Assembly: GCA_039630055.1 (NCBI GenBank)
Contig: JBCNVN010000011.1
Span: forward strand, 1 to 41,117
Length of the DNA: 41,117 nt
Direction of reading: 5' to 3'
Origin: Candidatus Caldarchaeales archaeon
GTDB lineage: Archaea; Thermoproteota; Nitrososphaeria_A; Caldarchaeales; Wolframiiraptoraceae
The notes under the pieces are model-generated. The model saw only the letters and a program-made list of their open reading frames with translations, searched no databases and was not told the origin of the DNA. Positions 19,921 to 30,016 of the stretch are shown here, in pieces. The position numbers and the translations under genes were made by a program. Every line of letters begins with the position of its first letter. Within the stretch, counting starts at the first letter, position 1.

Positions 19921-19933
19921 CCTCTTTTTTCTT
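19921..19933 (+). terminator. Pyrimidine/oligo-T tract after the SIMPL gene
   Basis: CCTCTTTTTTCTT about 13 nt after the stop codon, typical of archaeal intrinsic terminators. Confidence 0.45.
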
Positions 19934-20012
19934 GAGGCTCCTCTAAACCTATGCTATGGTTGGAGATCAATGTCTAGTTTATTAATCTCGAATCCAATTC
20001 TCCTAGAGAGGG

Positions 20013-20555
20013 TTGTTGATAAAGAAGCTGAAGAACCCTTCTAAACTCTCTGGTGGAGCCGATAAAGCTGCGGTTGTAGTATTGTACTCGACTAGCTTCA
20101 GCCCTCCAGAGATACTCTTCGTAGTAAGAAAGATCTCTGAGAGAGATAGGTGGTCTGGTCAAGTCGCCTTCCCCGGAGGTAGATGGAACCCGATAGATAG
20201 AGACCTGCTTGATACTGCGAAGAGGGAGCTAATGGAGGAGACAGGGCTTAGACTCGATATAGATGTAGAGCTTGTCGATATTTTGAGCGAGGTCTCTCCA
20301 AGGAATATGCCTGAATTAAAAGTTACACCTTTCTTGGCTAGAACATCTTCTAAACCATCGATAAGATTGTCTGAAGAGCTCTCCGAATACTTCTGGGCTT
20401 CTCTAGAAGATCTAGAAAGAGTAGAGACGATAGTAGAGCTTCCCGACGGCTCTAAGAGGAATGTTCTAGGATTTAGAAGTGGTAGATGGATTATATGGGG
20501 TATGACTGCGAGGATACTTGAGCAGGCACTACCCCTAATCTACAAAGACATGTAA
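20013..20555 (+). CDS. Nudix hydrolase, CoA pyrophosphatase family
   Basis: SGQVAFPGG...TAKRELMEETG Nudix box and IWGMTA motif. Confidence 0.92.
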   Translation: MLIKKLKNPSKLSGGADKAAVVVLYSTSFSPPEILFVVRKISERDRWSGQVAFPGGRWNPIDRDLLDTAKRELMEETGLRLDIDVELVDILSEVSPRNMPELKVTPFLARTSSKPSIRLSEELSEYFWASLEDLERVETIVELPDGSKRNVLGFRSGRWIIWGMTARILEQALPLIYKDM

Positions 20556-20666
20556 TTCTCATAGATTATTCTAGAATCTACGAGAATAATTCTTGTTCTT
20601 TCTAGAAAGAGAACCGCTAAATCTATGCTTGAACATTTATTTTACGGCGTATGGAGGGTGACCTAC

Positions 20667-20759
20667 ATGTCCCATAGCTCTTTTAAACTAGTATTCCTCA
20701 TAGCTGTAGAGGCCGCTACGGTAGCGGCACTCGTGATAGTGGGGTTCTTTATATGGTGA
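20667..20759 (+). CDS. Small 30-aa single-TM peptide (MSHSSFKLVFLIAVEAATVAALVIVGFFIW), absent from the ORF track
   Basis: Strong SD-like GGAGGGTGA 5 nt before ATG 20667 and one hydrophobic helix. An in-frame upstream ATG at 20625 would give 44 aa. Confidence 0.5.
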   Translation: MSHSSFKLVFLIAVEAATVAALVIVGFFIW

Positions 20760-20929
20760 GAAATATCCATATGCTCTGCTCAGACCTCTAATTAAGACTT
20801 AACATAATTTACATCTACTTGAGGATGGAAGCGTTAAGGAGCTCTCAGTTTAAGATGGGTTCTACCCGATACGATGAATGAAAGAGTTTTATTGTTACAT
20901 GTTAGAGATGTATCAGGGGTATCTGATAG

Positions 20930-22258
20930 TTGGATAAGATAGAGTATGGTAGAGAGGTCTTCCAGAAGATCCTGGAATTGATGGAGAAGCATCATCAATG
21001 GTTCAGAGAATCTATACCTCTAATAGCTAGCGAGAACGTTCCCAGCCCAGCTGTTAGAGAAGCATTAGCCTCCGATTTCGGGAATAGGTATGCTGAGGGA
21101 TGGCCTGGCGAGAGGCTGTATGCTGGATGTAGATTCATCGACCAAGTAGAGCTTCTAGCAGCAGAACTAGGAAGGAAAGTATATGATGCAGAATTTGTAG
21201 ATGTCCGCCCAATATCAGGTGTAGCTGCAAACATATCAGCTTACACCGTGTTTACGAAGCCTGGAGACTTGATGGTGGCCTTACCTGTACCTCATGGAGG
21301 TCATATAAGCTTCGGCAAGCTGAAATGGGGTGGAACAGCAGGGGTTATAAGAAATCTAGATGTTGAGAGATACGAGTTTGATGAAGATAATTACATGATA
21401 GATGTGGATGGGACTAGAAGGAGGTTGGAGAAGGTTGAGAGAGAAGAAGGTAGGAAGCCTAGATTGTTTATGCTTGGCGCCAGCGTCTTCCTATTCCCCC
21501 ATCCTGTAAGAGAGATATCTGATCTTGCAGCAGAATATGATGCTAAAGTAGTCTATGATGCAGCTCATGTAGCAGGGTTGATCGCTGGTAAAATCTTCCA
21601 GGATCCACTTAGAGAAGGTGTAGATGCGGTAACCCTCAGCACTCATAAGACTCTAGCCGGTCCTCAGCATGGAATGGTCCTCTCATGGAACAAGTATGCT
21701 GAAGATTTTAAACGTGTAATCTTCCCTGGACTACACTCTAATCATCATCTACATGCAGTAGCAGGTGTGGCCATAGCTCTAGCTGAAGCATACGCTTTCT
21801 ACGAAGAATATGCACGTCAGATAGTTAGGAATGCTAAGGCTCTCGCAAGATATCTAGATGAAAGAGGTATCGAGGTATTGTATTCAAATAGAGGATATAC
21901 GGAGTCTCATACACTGGTAGCCGATGTAAGTAAGTTTATGGATGGTATGAAGGCTGAGAAGAAGCTTGAAGAAGCAAACATAATCTTGAATAGAAACTTG
22001 ATACCGAAAGACTATAAACTAAAGACAGATTATAGGAGTCCGAGCGGTATAAGGATGGGTACACAAGAGGTGACGAGGCTTGGGATGAAGGAGAAGGATA
22101 TGGAGGAGATCGCAGAGTTTATTAAGCTAGTCTTGATAGATGGTAGAGAGCCTAGAGAGGTAGCGGTCAAGGTTAGAGAGTTTAGGAAGATGTTCCAGCA
22201 TGTACACTACGCATTCAGTTCTCAGACCGAAGCTTACGAGTACATCAAGATAAGATAG
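20930..22258 (+). CDS. glyA: Serine hydroxymethyltransferase
   Basis: LIASEN, RYAEG, HGGHISF, YDAAH, STHKTL and PSGIRMGT motifs. Confidence 0.97.
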   Translation: MDKIEYGREVFQKILELMEKHHQWFRESIPLIASENVPSPAVREALASDFGNRYAEGWPGERLYAGCRFIDQVELLAAELGRKVYDAEFVDVRPISGVAANISAYTVFTKPGDLMVALPVPHGGHISFGKLKWGGTAGVIRNLDVERYEFDEDNYMIDVDGTRRRLEKVEREEGRKPRLFMLGASVFLFPHPVREISDLAAEYDAKVVYDAAHVAGLIAGKIFQDPLREGVDAVTLSTHKTLAGPQHGMVLSWNKYAEDFKRVIFPGLHSNHHLHAVAGVAIALAEAYAFYEEYARQIVRNAKALARYLDERGIEVLYSNRGYTESHTLVADVSKFMDGMKAEKKLEEANIILNRNLIPKDYKLKTDYRSPSGIRMGTQEVTRLGMKEKDMEEIAEFIKLVLIDGREPREVAVKVREFRKMFQHVHYAFSSQTEAYEYIKIR

Positions 22259-22457
22259 ACTCTAGAGAAGCATTGACCGCTCTACATACTTTACATTCTT
22301 TAAGATGGTTTAATGCTTGAAGGAATCCTAGAGGACTAAAGTTTGAATGGACATCCTCTCCTCCTCTACCTATCCTGTACACCCAGCCACCTACATGAGA
22401 ATGTAGATCTTGTTCAACAGCGATATTATAGCATAAGATATAGATCCTCTTCCTCAT
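22245..22457 (-). CDS. Possible small protein with HxxxCxxC motif
   Basis: 70-aa ATG ORF filling the glyA-ychF gap, with HLKECKVC and an AT-rich TATA-like sequence ~30 nt upstream. Confidence 0.35.
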   Translation of the reverse strand: MRKRIYILCYNIAVEQDLHSHVGGWVYRIGRGGEDVHSNFSPLGFLQALNHLKECKVCRAVNASLESILS

Positions 22458-22614
22458 GATTCTCTGAGAATAATTTAATCCATGTATAAGATAAAGATGT
22501 AGAATATACTAATAATAGAGAAGTTTATAAGAGAGGCTCCTGAGCTTGACATCGTCTTTTACATAAGTAATGCTTTTATCCAATCTTTGATAATATTTTA
22601 TTGAGCTGGTTAAA

Positions 22615-23832
22615 TTGGCAGCGGTTAAAGTTGGTTTGATTGGTAAGACGAATACTGGTAAGACAACCTTCTTCAATGCGGCCACACTCGAAGTAGCAGA
22701 AGTCTCAACATATCCATTCACGACAAAGCAGCCAAATTATGGAGAGGCAAATGTTACATCTCCATGTGTATGTCGTGAGTTCGAGGTAAAAGACAACCCA
22801 AGGAACTCTAAATGTATTGATGGCTGGAGATACATACCTATAGAGTTGATAGACTTGCCTGGTTTGATTAAAGGGGCTTGGGCGGGAAAGGGGCTTGGAA
22901 ACCAATTCTTATCAGTGGCTTCTCAATCAGATGTACTACTCCACGTAGTCGATGCGAGTGGATCCGTTGATGAAGAGGGTAGACTTACGGAGCCTGGGTC
23001 AGGTAATCCTATAGCAGACTATTATGATATAGAAGAAGAGCTGGTTATGTGGTTGATGAAGCTGATAGAGAAGAATGATGAAAAGATTATAAAGAATTTA
23101 AAGTCTGGGAAGAGTCTTCCTGAATCTATGGCTGAGATACTTAGAGGAGTAAAGATAACCGAACAGCATATTGCTACAGCACTTCAGATAAGCAACCTAG
23201 AGAATAGAGATTTCGAGAACTGGACACCTATGGAAGATAAGAAGTTTGCCCAGATACTGAGAGAAGTAGCTAAGCCTACGATAGTTGTGGCCAACAAGAT
23301 TGATCTAGATCCAGCTCCAAAGAACTTTGAGAAGCTGAGAGATCAGCTTCCAGATAAGATTGTAGTACCATGTAGTGCAGAGGCAGAGCTATCTCTAAGA
23401 AGAGCTGAACAGAAGGGGTTGATAAAATATATTCCGGGACATGAGACTTTTGAGATAATCAAGTCGAGTGGATTAACGGATAAGCAGCGGTGGGCTCTAG
23501 ACTTCATAGCGAAGAGGGTGCTGGGAGAATATATGAGAACAGGGGTACAATTTGCGATAAATGTAGCAGTATTCAAAGTTCTAAAGATGAATGCTATATA
23601 TCCTGTCTACGATCCTCAGAAACTGTCCGATAAACATGGGAACGTTCTTCCAGACGTCCTTCTAATGCCTGATGGCTCAACTGTTGAGAGCTTAGCGAAA
23701 GAGATCCATACAGAGCTAACCCATGGATTACTCTATGCTATAGATGCTAGAACAGGACTTAGACTACCTGTAAATTATAAGCTGAAAGATAGAGATGTGC
23801 TCTCGATATATTCAACGATGAGAAGAGGCTAG
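22615..23832 (+). CDS. ychF: Archaeal YchF/OLA1-family Obg-type NTPase with TGS domain
   Basis: GKTNTGKTT, YPFTT, DLPGL, ANKID and C-terminal TGS (IHTEL...DART) motifs. Confidence 0.93.
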   Translation: MAAVKVGLIGKTNTGKTTFFNAATLEVAEVSTYPFTTKQPNYGEANVTSPCVCREFEVKDNPRNSKCIDGWRYIPIELIDLPGLIKGAWAGKGLGNQFLSVASQSDVLLHVVDASGSVDEEGRLTEPGSGNPIADYYDIEEELVMWLMKLIEKNDEKIIKNLKSGKSLPESMAEILRGVKITEQHIATALQISNLENRDFENWTPMEDKKFAQILREVAKPTIVVANKIDLDPAPKNFEKLRDQLPDKIVVPCSAEAELSLRRAEQKGLIKYIPGHETFEIIKSSGLTDKQRWALDFIAKRVLGEYMRTGVQFAINVAVFKVLKMNAIYPVYDPQKLSDKHGNVLPDVLLMPDGSTVESLAKEIHTELTHGLLYAIDARTGLRLPVNYKLKDRDVLSIYSTMRRG

Positions 23833-23920
23833 GGTTCTAGCTAATCTCCATCACCCTATCAATATTTAAAGTCTAATGGATCATGTGTAATGTTTAAATT
23901 CTGTAAGAGCTTCTCTAGAT

Positions 23921-24364
23921 TTGATGTCTAAAGTTTTCAGAAGAGCTTTGAAGTACGTTAAAGATGAGATCTCATCTAGCGAGTCTGGGAAGGCTCTGCT
24001 CGAAATAGAGTTTCCAGAGTTTAGTGAAGGAGAATTTGTCATAAACTTCTACGTGGATTCCAATCCTCTCCTCCTAGGTAGAAAGTTTCCCGAATCAAAG
24101 ATAGATCTATCACCTGATAATATTAGACATATAATTAGGATAGGTCATCTACATGGATGCGTGGTGAATAGAGTGGGAGAAGAATTCTACTATCAGAGAG
24201 ATGGAGAAGTTGTAGCTATCATCGGTAAGAGATTTTATGCAGCATCCGAACCAAATCTATTCGAAGAGATAAGTAGAGAGATCTATGGACTGGGTAGAAG
24301 GATCGAGTTAGATAGACCGGTTGGATGGCTTAAAGCTTTTAAACTATTACTCTCCAGAAGCTAG
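23921..24364 (+). CDS. Hypothetical protein
   Basis: 147-aa ORF with typical amino-acid composition filling an intergenic space; no family recognised. Confidence 0.65.
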   Translation: MMSKVFRRALKYVKDEISSSESGKALLEIEFPEFSEGEFVINFYVDSNPLLLGRKFPESKIDLSPDNIRHIIRIGHLHGCVVNRVGEEFYYQRDGEVVAIIGKRFYAASEPNLFEEISREIYGLGRRIELDRPVGWLKAFKLLLSRS

Positions 24365-24387
24365 AACCTCGATAAACATCTATCCGT

Positions 24388-25845
24388 CTATAATGTTATC
24401 AGCTGTGAAGACCTGGCAATTATAGCCGTTATAGGATAGTTTAGGAAGCCTAGGACAACTACTAGCAGGATTAGTACGCTCATCGGTAACGCCATAGTCA
24501 ATGGAGCGTCATGAACTTTCGATAGATCATGTTTAGGCTGGAGAAAGAAGATGGCTCTAATCATCCTCAGATAGTATCCAACGGTTATCGCAGTGTTCGC
24601 GATAGCTATGGCAGTATAGACTGTTAGACCAGAGTTGAAACCTCCTCCAAAGATCATCCACTCGCTTGCAAATCCACCTAGGGGAGGTGTTCCAGCGATA
24701 GATAGCCCTCCCAGAAGCATGGCTATCGAGGTTAGAGGCATTCTAGAAGCCAGCCCACCAAGCTTATTCAGATCTCTCTCGTTCAAGATATGTATGAGGA
24801 CCCCTGAACACATGAAGAGCAGCCCCTTAGCAAATCCATGATTCAATACATGGAATATTCCTCCAGCGACACCTATAGAATCCAAGGTCGCCAATCCAAA
24901 TAGTATATATCCCATCTGGCTAATGCTACTATATGCTAGAAGTCTCTTAACATCTGTCTGTACCATGGCCATCAGACCACCCCAGACCATACTTATCAGG
25001 GAGAGTATGGCTAGTAGAGTAGTTACCATCGGCATTATAGATGAATACAAGCCTATGAGGATTCTGACTACAACGTATGCTCCGGTTTTTATCATTACGC
25101 CGCTTAGTAGAACGCTTATAGGTGTAGGTGCCTCTGCATGGGCATCTGGAAGCCATGTATGGAATGGGAAGATAGCCATCTTTACAGCTGCACCGATAAA
25201 GATTAAGATGAATATGTATAAGTTCTCAGGCCTATCTGATATGAGGGTTAGGAGCTGTGAGATCTCTAGAGAACCGTATAGAACGTATATCCAGATTATT
25301 CCGAATAGCATGACAAGGGCTCCCGCATGGGTGAAGATAAAATACTTGAATCCTATTATCCTCGGTCTACCCGTTCCCCAATATGCTATAAGAAAGTAGC
25401 TTGGAATAAGCATGAGCTCCCAGAATATGTATAGTAGAAATAGGTTCGTGGCCAATACCACGCCTATCATCCCCGAATTAAACATCAAGAGTAGAGACAT
25501 GTAGATGGAGTAGCCGGGTTCATGCTCCATATACTTGATAGAGTAGACTGTGGCCAAGAATCCCATCAGAGAGATCAGTAGAGCGAAAGGATAGCTGGTT
25601 GAATCTAGTAGAAGCCCCAGCCTAAGCCCGAATGCAGGGATCCACTGATACTCTTCATATACTGTTAGACCATTGTATATCGTGTTGAAGAAGTAGATTA
25701 TTATGATGAATGGTATAAGCGAGGTTGCTGAGGCTACCAGGTCTCCGAGAAACTTGGACTTCTTCAATGATAGGTAAACTACTGGGCTGAGCACTAGCTG
25801 GATGAAGACGGTGAGGCTCAGCAGGGGCAGCATACTCCCATCCAT
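24388..25845 (-). CDS. nuoM: NADH-quinone oxidoreductase subunit M-like antiporter subunit
   Basis: FWELMLIP, PFHTWLPDAHAEAPTP and LAYSSISQMG motifs. Start at ATG 25845, immediately after the nuoL stop. Confidence 0.88.
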   Translation of the reverse strand: MDGSMLPLLSLTVFIQLVLSPVVYLSLKKSKFLGDLVASATSLIPFIIIIYFFNTIYNGLTVYEEYQWIPAFGLRLGLLLDSTSYPFALLISLMGFLATVYSIKYMEHEPGYSIYMSLLLMFNSGMIGVVLATNLFLLYIFWELMLIPSYFLIAYWGTGRPRIIGFKYFIFTHAGALVMLFGIIWIYVLYGSLEISQLLTLISDRPENLYIFILIFIGAAVKMAIFPFHTWLPDAHAEAPTPISVLLSGVMIKTGAYVVVRILIGLYSSIMPMVTTLLAILSLISMVWGGLMAMVQTDVKRLLAYSSISQMGYILFGLATLDSIGVAGGIFHVLNHGFAKGLLFMCSGVLIHILNERDLNKLGGLASRMPLTSIAMLLGGLSIAGTPPLGGFASEWMIFGGGFNSGLTVYTAIAIANTAITVGYYLRMIRAIFFLQPKHDLSKVHDAPLTMALPMSVLILLVVVLGFLNYPITAIIARSSQLITL

Positions 25846-25846
25846 T

Positions 25847-27751
25847 CTAACCCAACCCTCCATAGAGCAATGTTAAGAATATCAGTATGAGAATGGTTAA
25901 GCCCAGTATGATCCCTCCAACATTTATATTACTACTTCCCGTCTGAATATTTCTAATAACATTTACGGTTCTCTTAACGCCATCGGCCACCACATAGTTA
26001 AACCTATCTATACCACCATCTTCAGCACCTCTCCTCAAAACGTTTGAAGAATCTACAAACCAGCCTACAAACCTATAGTATAAATCATCTACATAGTACC
26101 TGTTTACTAGAAGTTTATGGAGCCGATATCCTATCCCACTAGATCTAAATCTCTCCGGAGGCAGCCTCCCTCTAAAGTAGACTAGGTACGTCATAAATGC
26201 TCCGAACAATATGATTATAGAAGATGTAAGTAGGGTTATGTATCCTGTACCATGCTTCAGCTTTATACCGAGATAGTCTGTAAAGCCATGTGTGATCTCT
26301 AGGTATATTCCTGAGACCGTGGCCCCAGCCGCTAAAACTATCAACGGTATGGTCATGACAGGTGGAGACTCGTGTACATGATGTCCACCATTATGCTTCT
26401 GTGGAGAGAGAAAGATCTTATAGATCCATCTAAATATGTATATGAATGTCAGTATAGATGTAAATGTGATCAGTAGATAGATAGGTATACTTCCCACTTC
26501 TAGAGAAGCTTCAATTATCAAGTCTTTACTGAAGAATCCTGAGAAAGGTGGAACACCTGCCAACGCCAACCCTCCAATAAGAGATGTTGAGAATGTTATC
26601 GGCATGGCCCTAGCGAGACCACCCATCTCATCTATATTCGTCGTTCCCACAGCATGCATAACAGAGCCTGCAGCTAAAAACAGTAATGCTTTGAATATTG
26701 AGTGGTTGAGTATGTGGAAGGTGCTCGCCACCCATCCTAGCTCGGAAGCAAGCCCTAGAGATGCAAGCATTAGACCGAGCTGGCTGATGGTCGAGTAGGC
26801 TACAACCCTCTTGATATCGGTCATAACCAAGCCCATCGTTGCAGCGAAAAATGCTGTTACAGCACCGATATAGGCCACGATCGTATACCATTGATTGAGA
26901 AGGGTTGGTGGAAACTCTTCAAAAGGTATAATGCTCAAGGTTAAACGTGCGGTAAGATATATTCCAGCCTTAACCATGGTGGCTGCATGTATCAATGCGC
27001 TTACAGGAGTTGGGCCCTCCATAGCATCTGGAAGCCATACGTGTAAAGGTATCTGGGCAGATTTTCCAACAGCTCCACCGAACAATAGAATGAGTATCAA
27101 TGTTAGTAGAGGTAGGCTCAAGACGCCTTCTTCGAGACCGTGTGTGAGAGCACGGGTTATCTCAGAGTACTTGAATGTTCCGAATAGTGAGTATAGGATC
27201 ACTATGCCTATCAACATCAATACATCTCCTATCCTAGTGGTTACGAATGCTTTGATCCCTGCGTGGGCAGCCTCGGGCTTTCTATAGTAGAAGCCGATCA
27301 ACGCGTATGAGCAGAGCCCAACTATCTCCCAGAAGATGTATAGCTGGAGGAAGTTGTCCGCCATTACAAGCCCTGTCATGCCTCCTATGAAGAAGACCAT
27401 GAAGAAGTAGTATCTCGGTAAGCCTTCTTCATGAGCCATATATCCAACCGAGTAGAGCATTATCCAAGCACCGATGAAGGTTGCGATGCAGGCCATCATC
27501 ACTGAGAGAGGATCAACCATCACTCCTGCCTCGATAAATCCTCCCGGAATCGGTATCCATGGGATACTCTCCATCCATGATCTTCCATCCCAAACATCAG
27601 GGATCATGGAGAGGGAGAAGGCTGATGCGAGAAATACTATAGCTACAGAGTATACTTCACCGATACGTTTGCCGAGCTTGAAGAATAATGGGACGAAAAC
27701 ACTTCCAGCGAGAGGGATAATCCATGAAAGCCATGGAGAGTATGGAAGCAA
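25847..27751 (-). CDS. nuoL: NADH-quinone oxidoreductase subunit L
   Basis: GKSAQIPLHVWLPDAMEGPTPVSALIHAATMVKAG, GFFSKD and a C-terminal transverse helix (YYVDDLY...QTG). Confidence 0.93.
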   Translation of the reverse strand: MLPYSPWLSWIIPLAGSVFVPLFFKLGKRIGEVYSVAIVFLASAFSLSMIPDVWDGRSWMESIPWIPIPGGFIEAGVMVDPLSVMMACIATFIGAWIMLYSVGYMAHEEGLPRYYFFMVFFIGGMTGLVMADNFLQLYIFWEIVGLCSYALIGFYYRKPEAAHAGIKAFVTTRIGDVLMLIGIVILYSLFGTFKYSEITRALTHGLEEGVLSLPLLTLILILLFGGAVGKSAQIPLHVWLPDAMEGPTPVSALIHAATMVKAGIYLTARLTLSIIPFEEFPPTLLNQWYTIVAYIGAVTAFFAATMGLVMTDIKRVVAYSTISQLGLMLASLGLASELGWVASTFHILNHSIFKALLFLAAGSVMHAVGTTNIDEMGGLARAMPITFSTSLIGGLALAGVPPFSGFFSKDLIIEASLEVGSIPIYLLITFTSILTFIYIFRWIYKIFLSPQKHNGGHHVHESPPVMTIPLIVLAAGATVSGIYLEITHGFTDYLGIKLKHGTGYITLLTSSIIILFGAFMTYLVYFRGRLPPERFRSSGIGYRLHKLLVNRYYVDDLYYRFVGWFVDSSNVLRRGAEDGGIDRFNYVVADGVKRTVNVIRNIQTGSSNINVGGIILGLTILILIFLTLLYGGLG

Positions 27752-27883
27752 TAACCCCCACCTAACCTATATTCTAGATTCAGAGCATCATTTAGATATT
27801 TTCTTTAAGAAAATATATTGGAGCCTCAATCCTTCTAAAATTGTATATATGGTCTGAATGCTTGAGGATAACTTAGACCATCG

Positions 27884-28794
27884 ATGAGAAGAATAGAATT
27901 TAAAATATCGGATGTAATAGTATTCTACAAATTGAGGGATAGGTTCTTCTACATTCTTCAAGGTGGGATGGCTGGATTCTTCTTTGGTACATCGGCTATC
28001 TTCATCCGTTTTCTACCCGATATGGATTCTTTCATGATAGGTTTCTATAGACTCATATTAGCTACAGTATTCTTAACGATCTTCTCGATGATCTTGTTGA
28101 AGAAGGATCTTGTAGAGACTCTCAAACTACAAGGTGCAAAAGCATCGATACTAGGAATAATTATCGGTGGACATTTTGCAGCATATATAAACTCGGTCAA
28201 GCATACAACAGTTATGAATGCTACTGTTTTAACGAATACCACGCCTGTCTTCGCCTCACTACTATCATTATTCTTCTATAAGGTTAGACCGAGTGCTAGA
28301 GGCGGGTTAGGGATTCTAGCATCCCTCATTGGGATGTTGATAATCTTCTGGGGAACGAGAGGTGGAGAAGCAAGCATAATCGGAGATCTTGAAGCAGTAT
28401 TAGCAGCATCGTTATGGGCAATCTATCTAGTCTTCGGTAAGAATGTGAGGCTAGGATCAAACCCAATAACGGTCATGATACCGATATATCTCTCATCATC
28501 TATACTACTCTGTTTATCAGGCTTTATTGCTGGAAGCCCTAGACTACCATCCCTAGGTGAGGCTCCAGCAATCCTGGGATTGGCGCTTTTTCCAACAGCC
28601 CTCGGCCATACTCTATCTTTCAGCTCTCTAAAAGTCTCCAACCATATCAGACAGCAATATTATCATTGATTGAACCAGTGGTTGCCACTATTCTAGCCGT
28701 ATTCTTATTCGGTGAGATCCCTCCACCCAATGCACTCCTAGGCTCACTTTTAATCTTTGTAGGGATATACCTGGTTGTAAGCCTAGAACGTTAA
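27884..28794 (+). pseudogene. DMT/EamA family transporter with a 1-nt frameshift near 28630-28634
   Basis: The track ORF ends at 28669, but the -1 frame continues LQPYQTAILSLIEPVVATILAVFLFGE...GIYLVVSLER* to TAA 28792-28794, the canonical EamA C-terminus. Confidence 0.85.
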
Positions 28795-29765
28795 CGGTCT
28801 TGAAGTTCTCTGATATATCTAGTCAAGAGAGCATATGTGGCCGCATTGTCTTGTACCGCTAATCCAACACTCTTAAAGACTGTTATCTCCTCACTAGATG
28901 TTCTCCCAGGCTTAACCTTGGATACGATCTCTCCAAGCTCAGCATATATTCTATCCTCAGAGTATCTTCCCTCTCTTATCGGTATTATTATATCTCCCGC
29001 CTCTGATAATGCCGCCTCCTTCAAGTCAACAACCACCTTTGCATCTAGTATCGTCTCTGTATCCAGTTCTCTCATATCTGGAGTATATGCTCCTATAGCA
29101 TTTATATGGGCTCCAAGCTTGAGCCACTCTCTCTTGATTACAGGGGTCTTACTAGTGGTCGCTGTAACAATTATGTCTGCTCTCTCCACAGCCTCTCTAG
29201 ATGAATCGACTACTTCAACTTCTAAGCCAAGCCTATCTCTCATCTCTCCCGCAAACTTTACAGCTTTATCAGCTATGATATCATATGCATATATTTTCTC
29301 TATCTCTCTAACTTCCCTAATAGCTATGGCTTGGGTTCTAGCTTGATAGCCACATCCAATAACGGCCAAGATCTTTGAATCTTCTCTAGATAGATACTTT
29401 GATGCTACCCCGCTTACCCCTCCCGTTCTCAAAGCCGTTAGATAACCTGCCTCCACTATTCCTACTGGAACCCCTCTAACAGCATCTACAGCGATGATCA
29501 AAGCATGGATGGTTGGCAGACCTAGCTCTGAATTTCTCGGATAGACCGAGACAATCTTATTAGTATACAGTTTAAAGTCTTCTATTAGGCATGGCATAGA
29601 GAGTATGTCTCCATCATATGTTGAGCTTCTAATCCTAGTTCTCAAAGGTAGAACAGCTCTACCATTGGCAAGAGATCTAAAAGCTTCTTCAACGGCATCT
29701 ATAACATCTCTCATCTTTAGAATTCTTTCAACATCTCTCTCGGATAAATAGATCAAACCAACCAC
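28791..29765 (-). CDS. Ornithine cyclodeaminase/mu-crystallin family protein (possible archaeal alanine dehydrogenase)
   Basis: LTALRTG, GCGYQA, HINAIGA and FKSVGLAVQD motifs. Confidence 0.92.
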   Translation of the reverse strand: MVGLIYLSERDVERILKMRDVIDAVEEAFRSLANGRAVLPLRTRIRSSTYDGDILSMPCLIEDFKLYTNKIVSVYPRNSELGLPTIHALIIAVDAVRGVPVGIVEAGYLTALRTGGVSGVASKYLSREDSKILAVIGCGYQARTQAIAIREVREIEKIYAYDIIADKAVKFAGEMRDRLGLEVEVVDSSREAVERADIIVTATTSKTPVIKREWLKLGAHINAIGAYTPDMRELDTETILDAKVVVDLKEAALSEAGDIIIPIREGRYSEDRIYAELGEIVSKVKPGRTSSEEITVFKSVGLAVQDNAATYALLTRYIRELQDR

Positions 29766-30016
29766 CTCTATAGATTAAACTCCATGATCTATATAAAAAC
29801 GATAAAGATGATTATGCTTTAATCGAGAAAGCCTCGTCGAGAAGTTCTCATAAGCTTTTTATCTAGATAGTGTTACCAGACTATGGTCTGATTTACCTTT
29901 TATAGAAACATTTTCCTATGACAAGATGATTAAAGATGTTTATCCATGTGAAGATAATTTTTAGGATGGTTAAAGATAATAGGTAGCTATCGAAGGCTTT
30001 CCCTTAGAAAGATATT

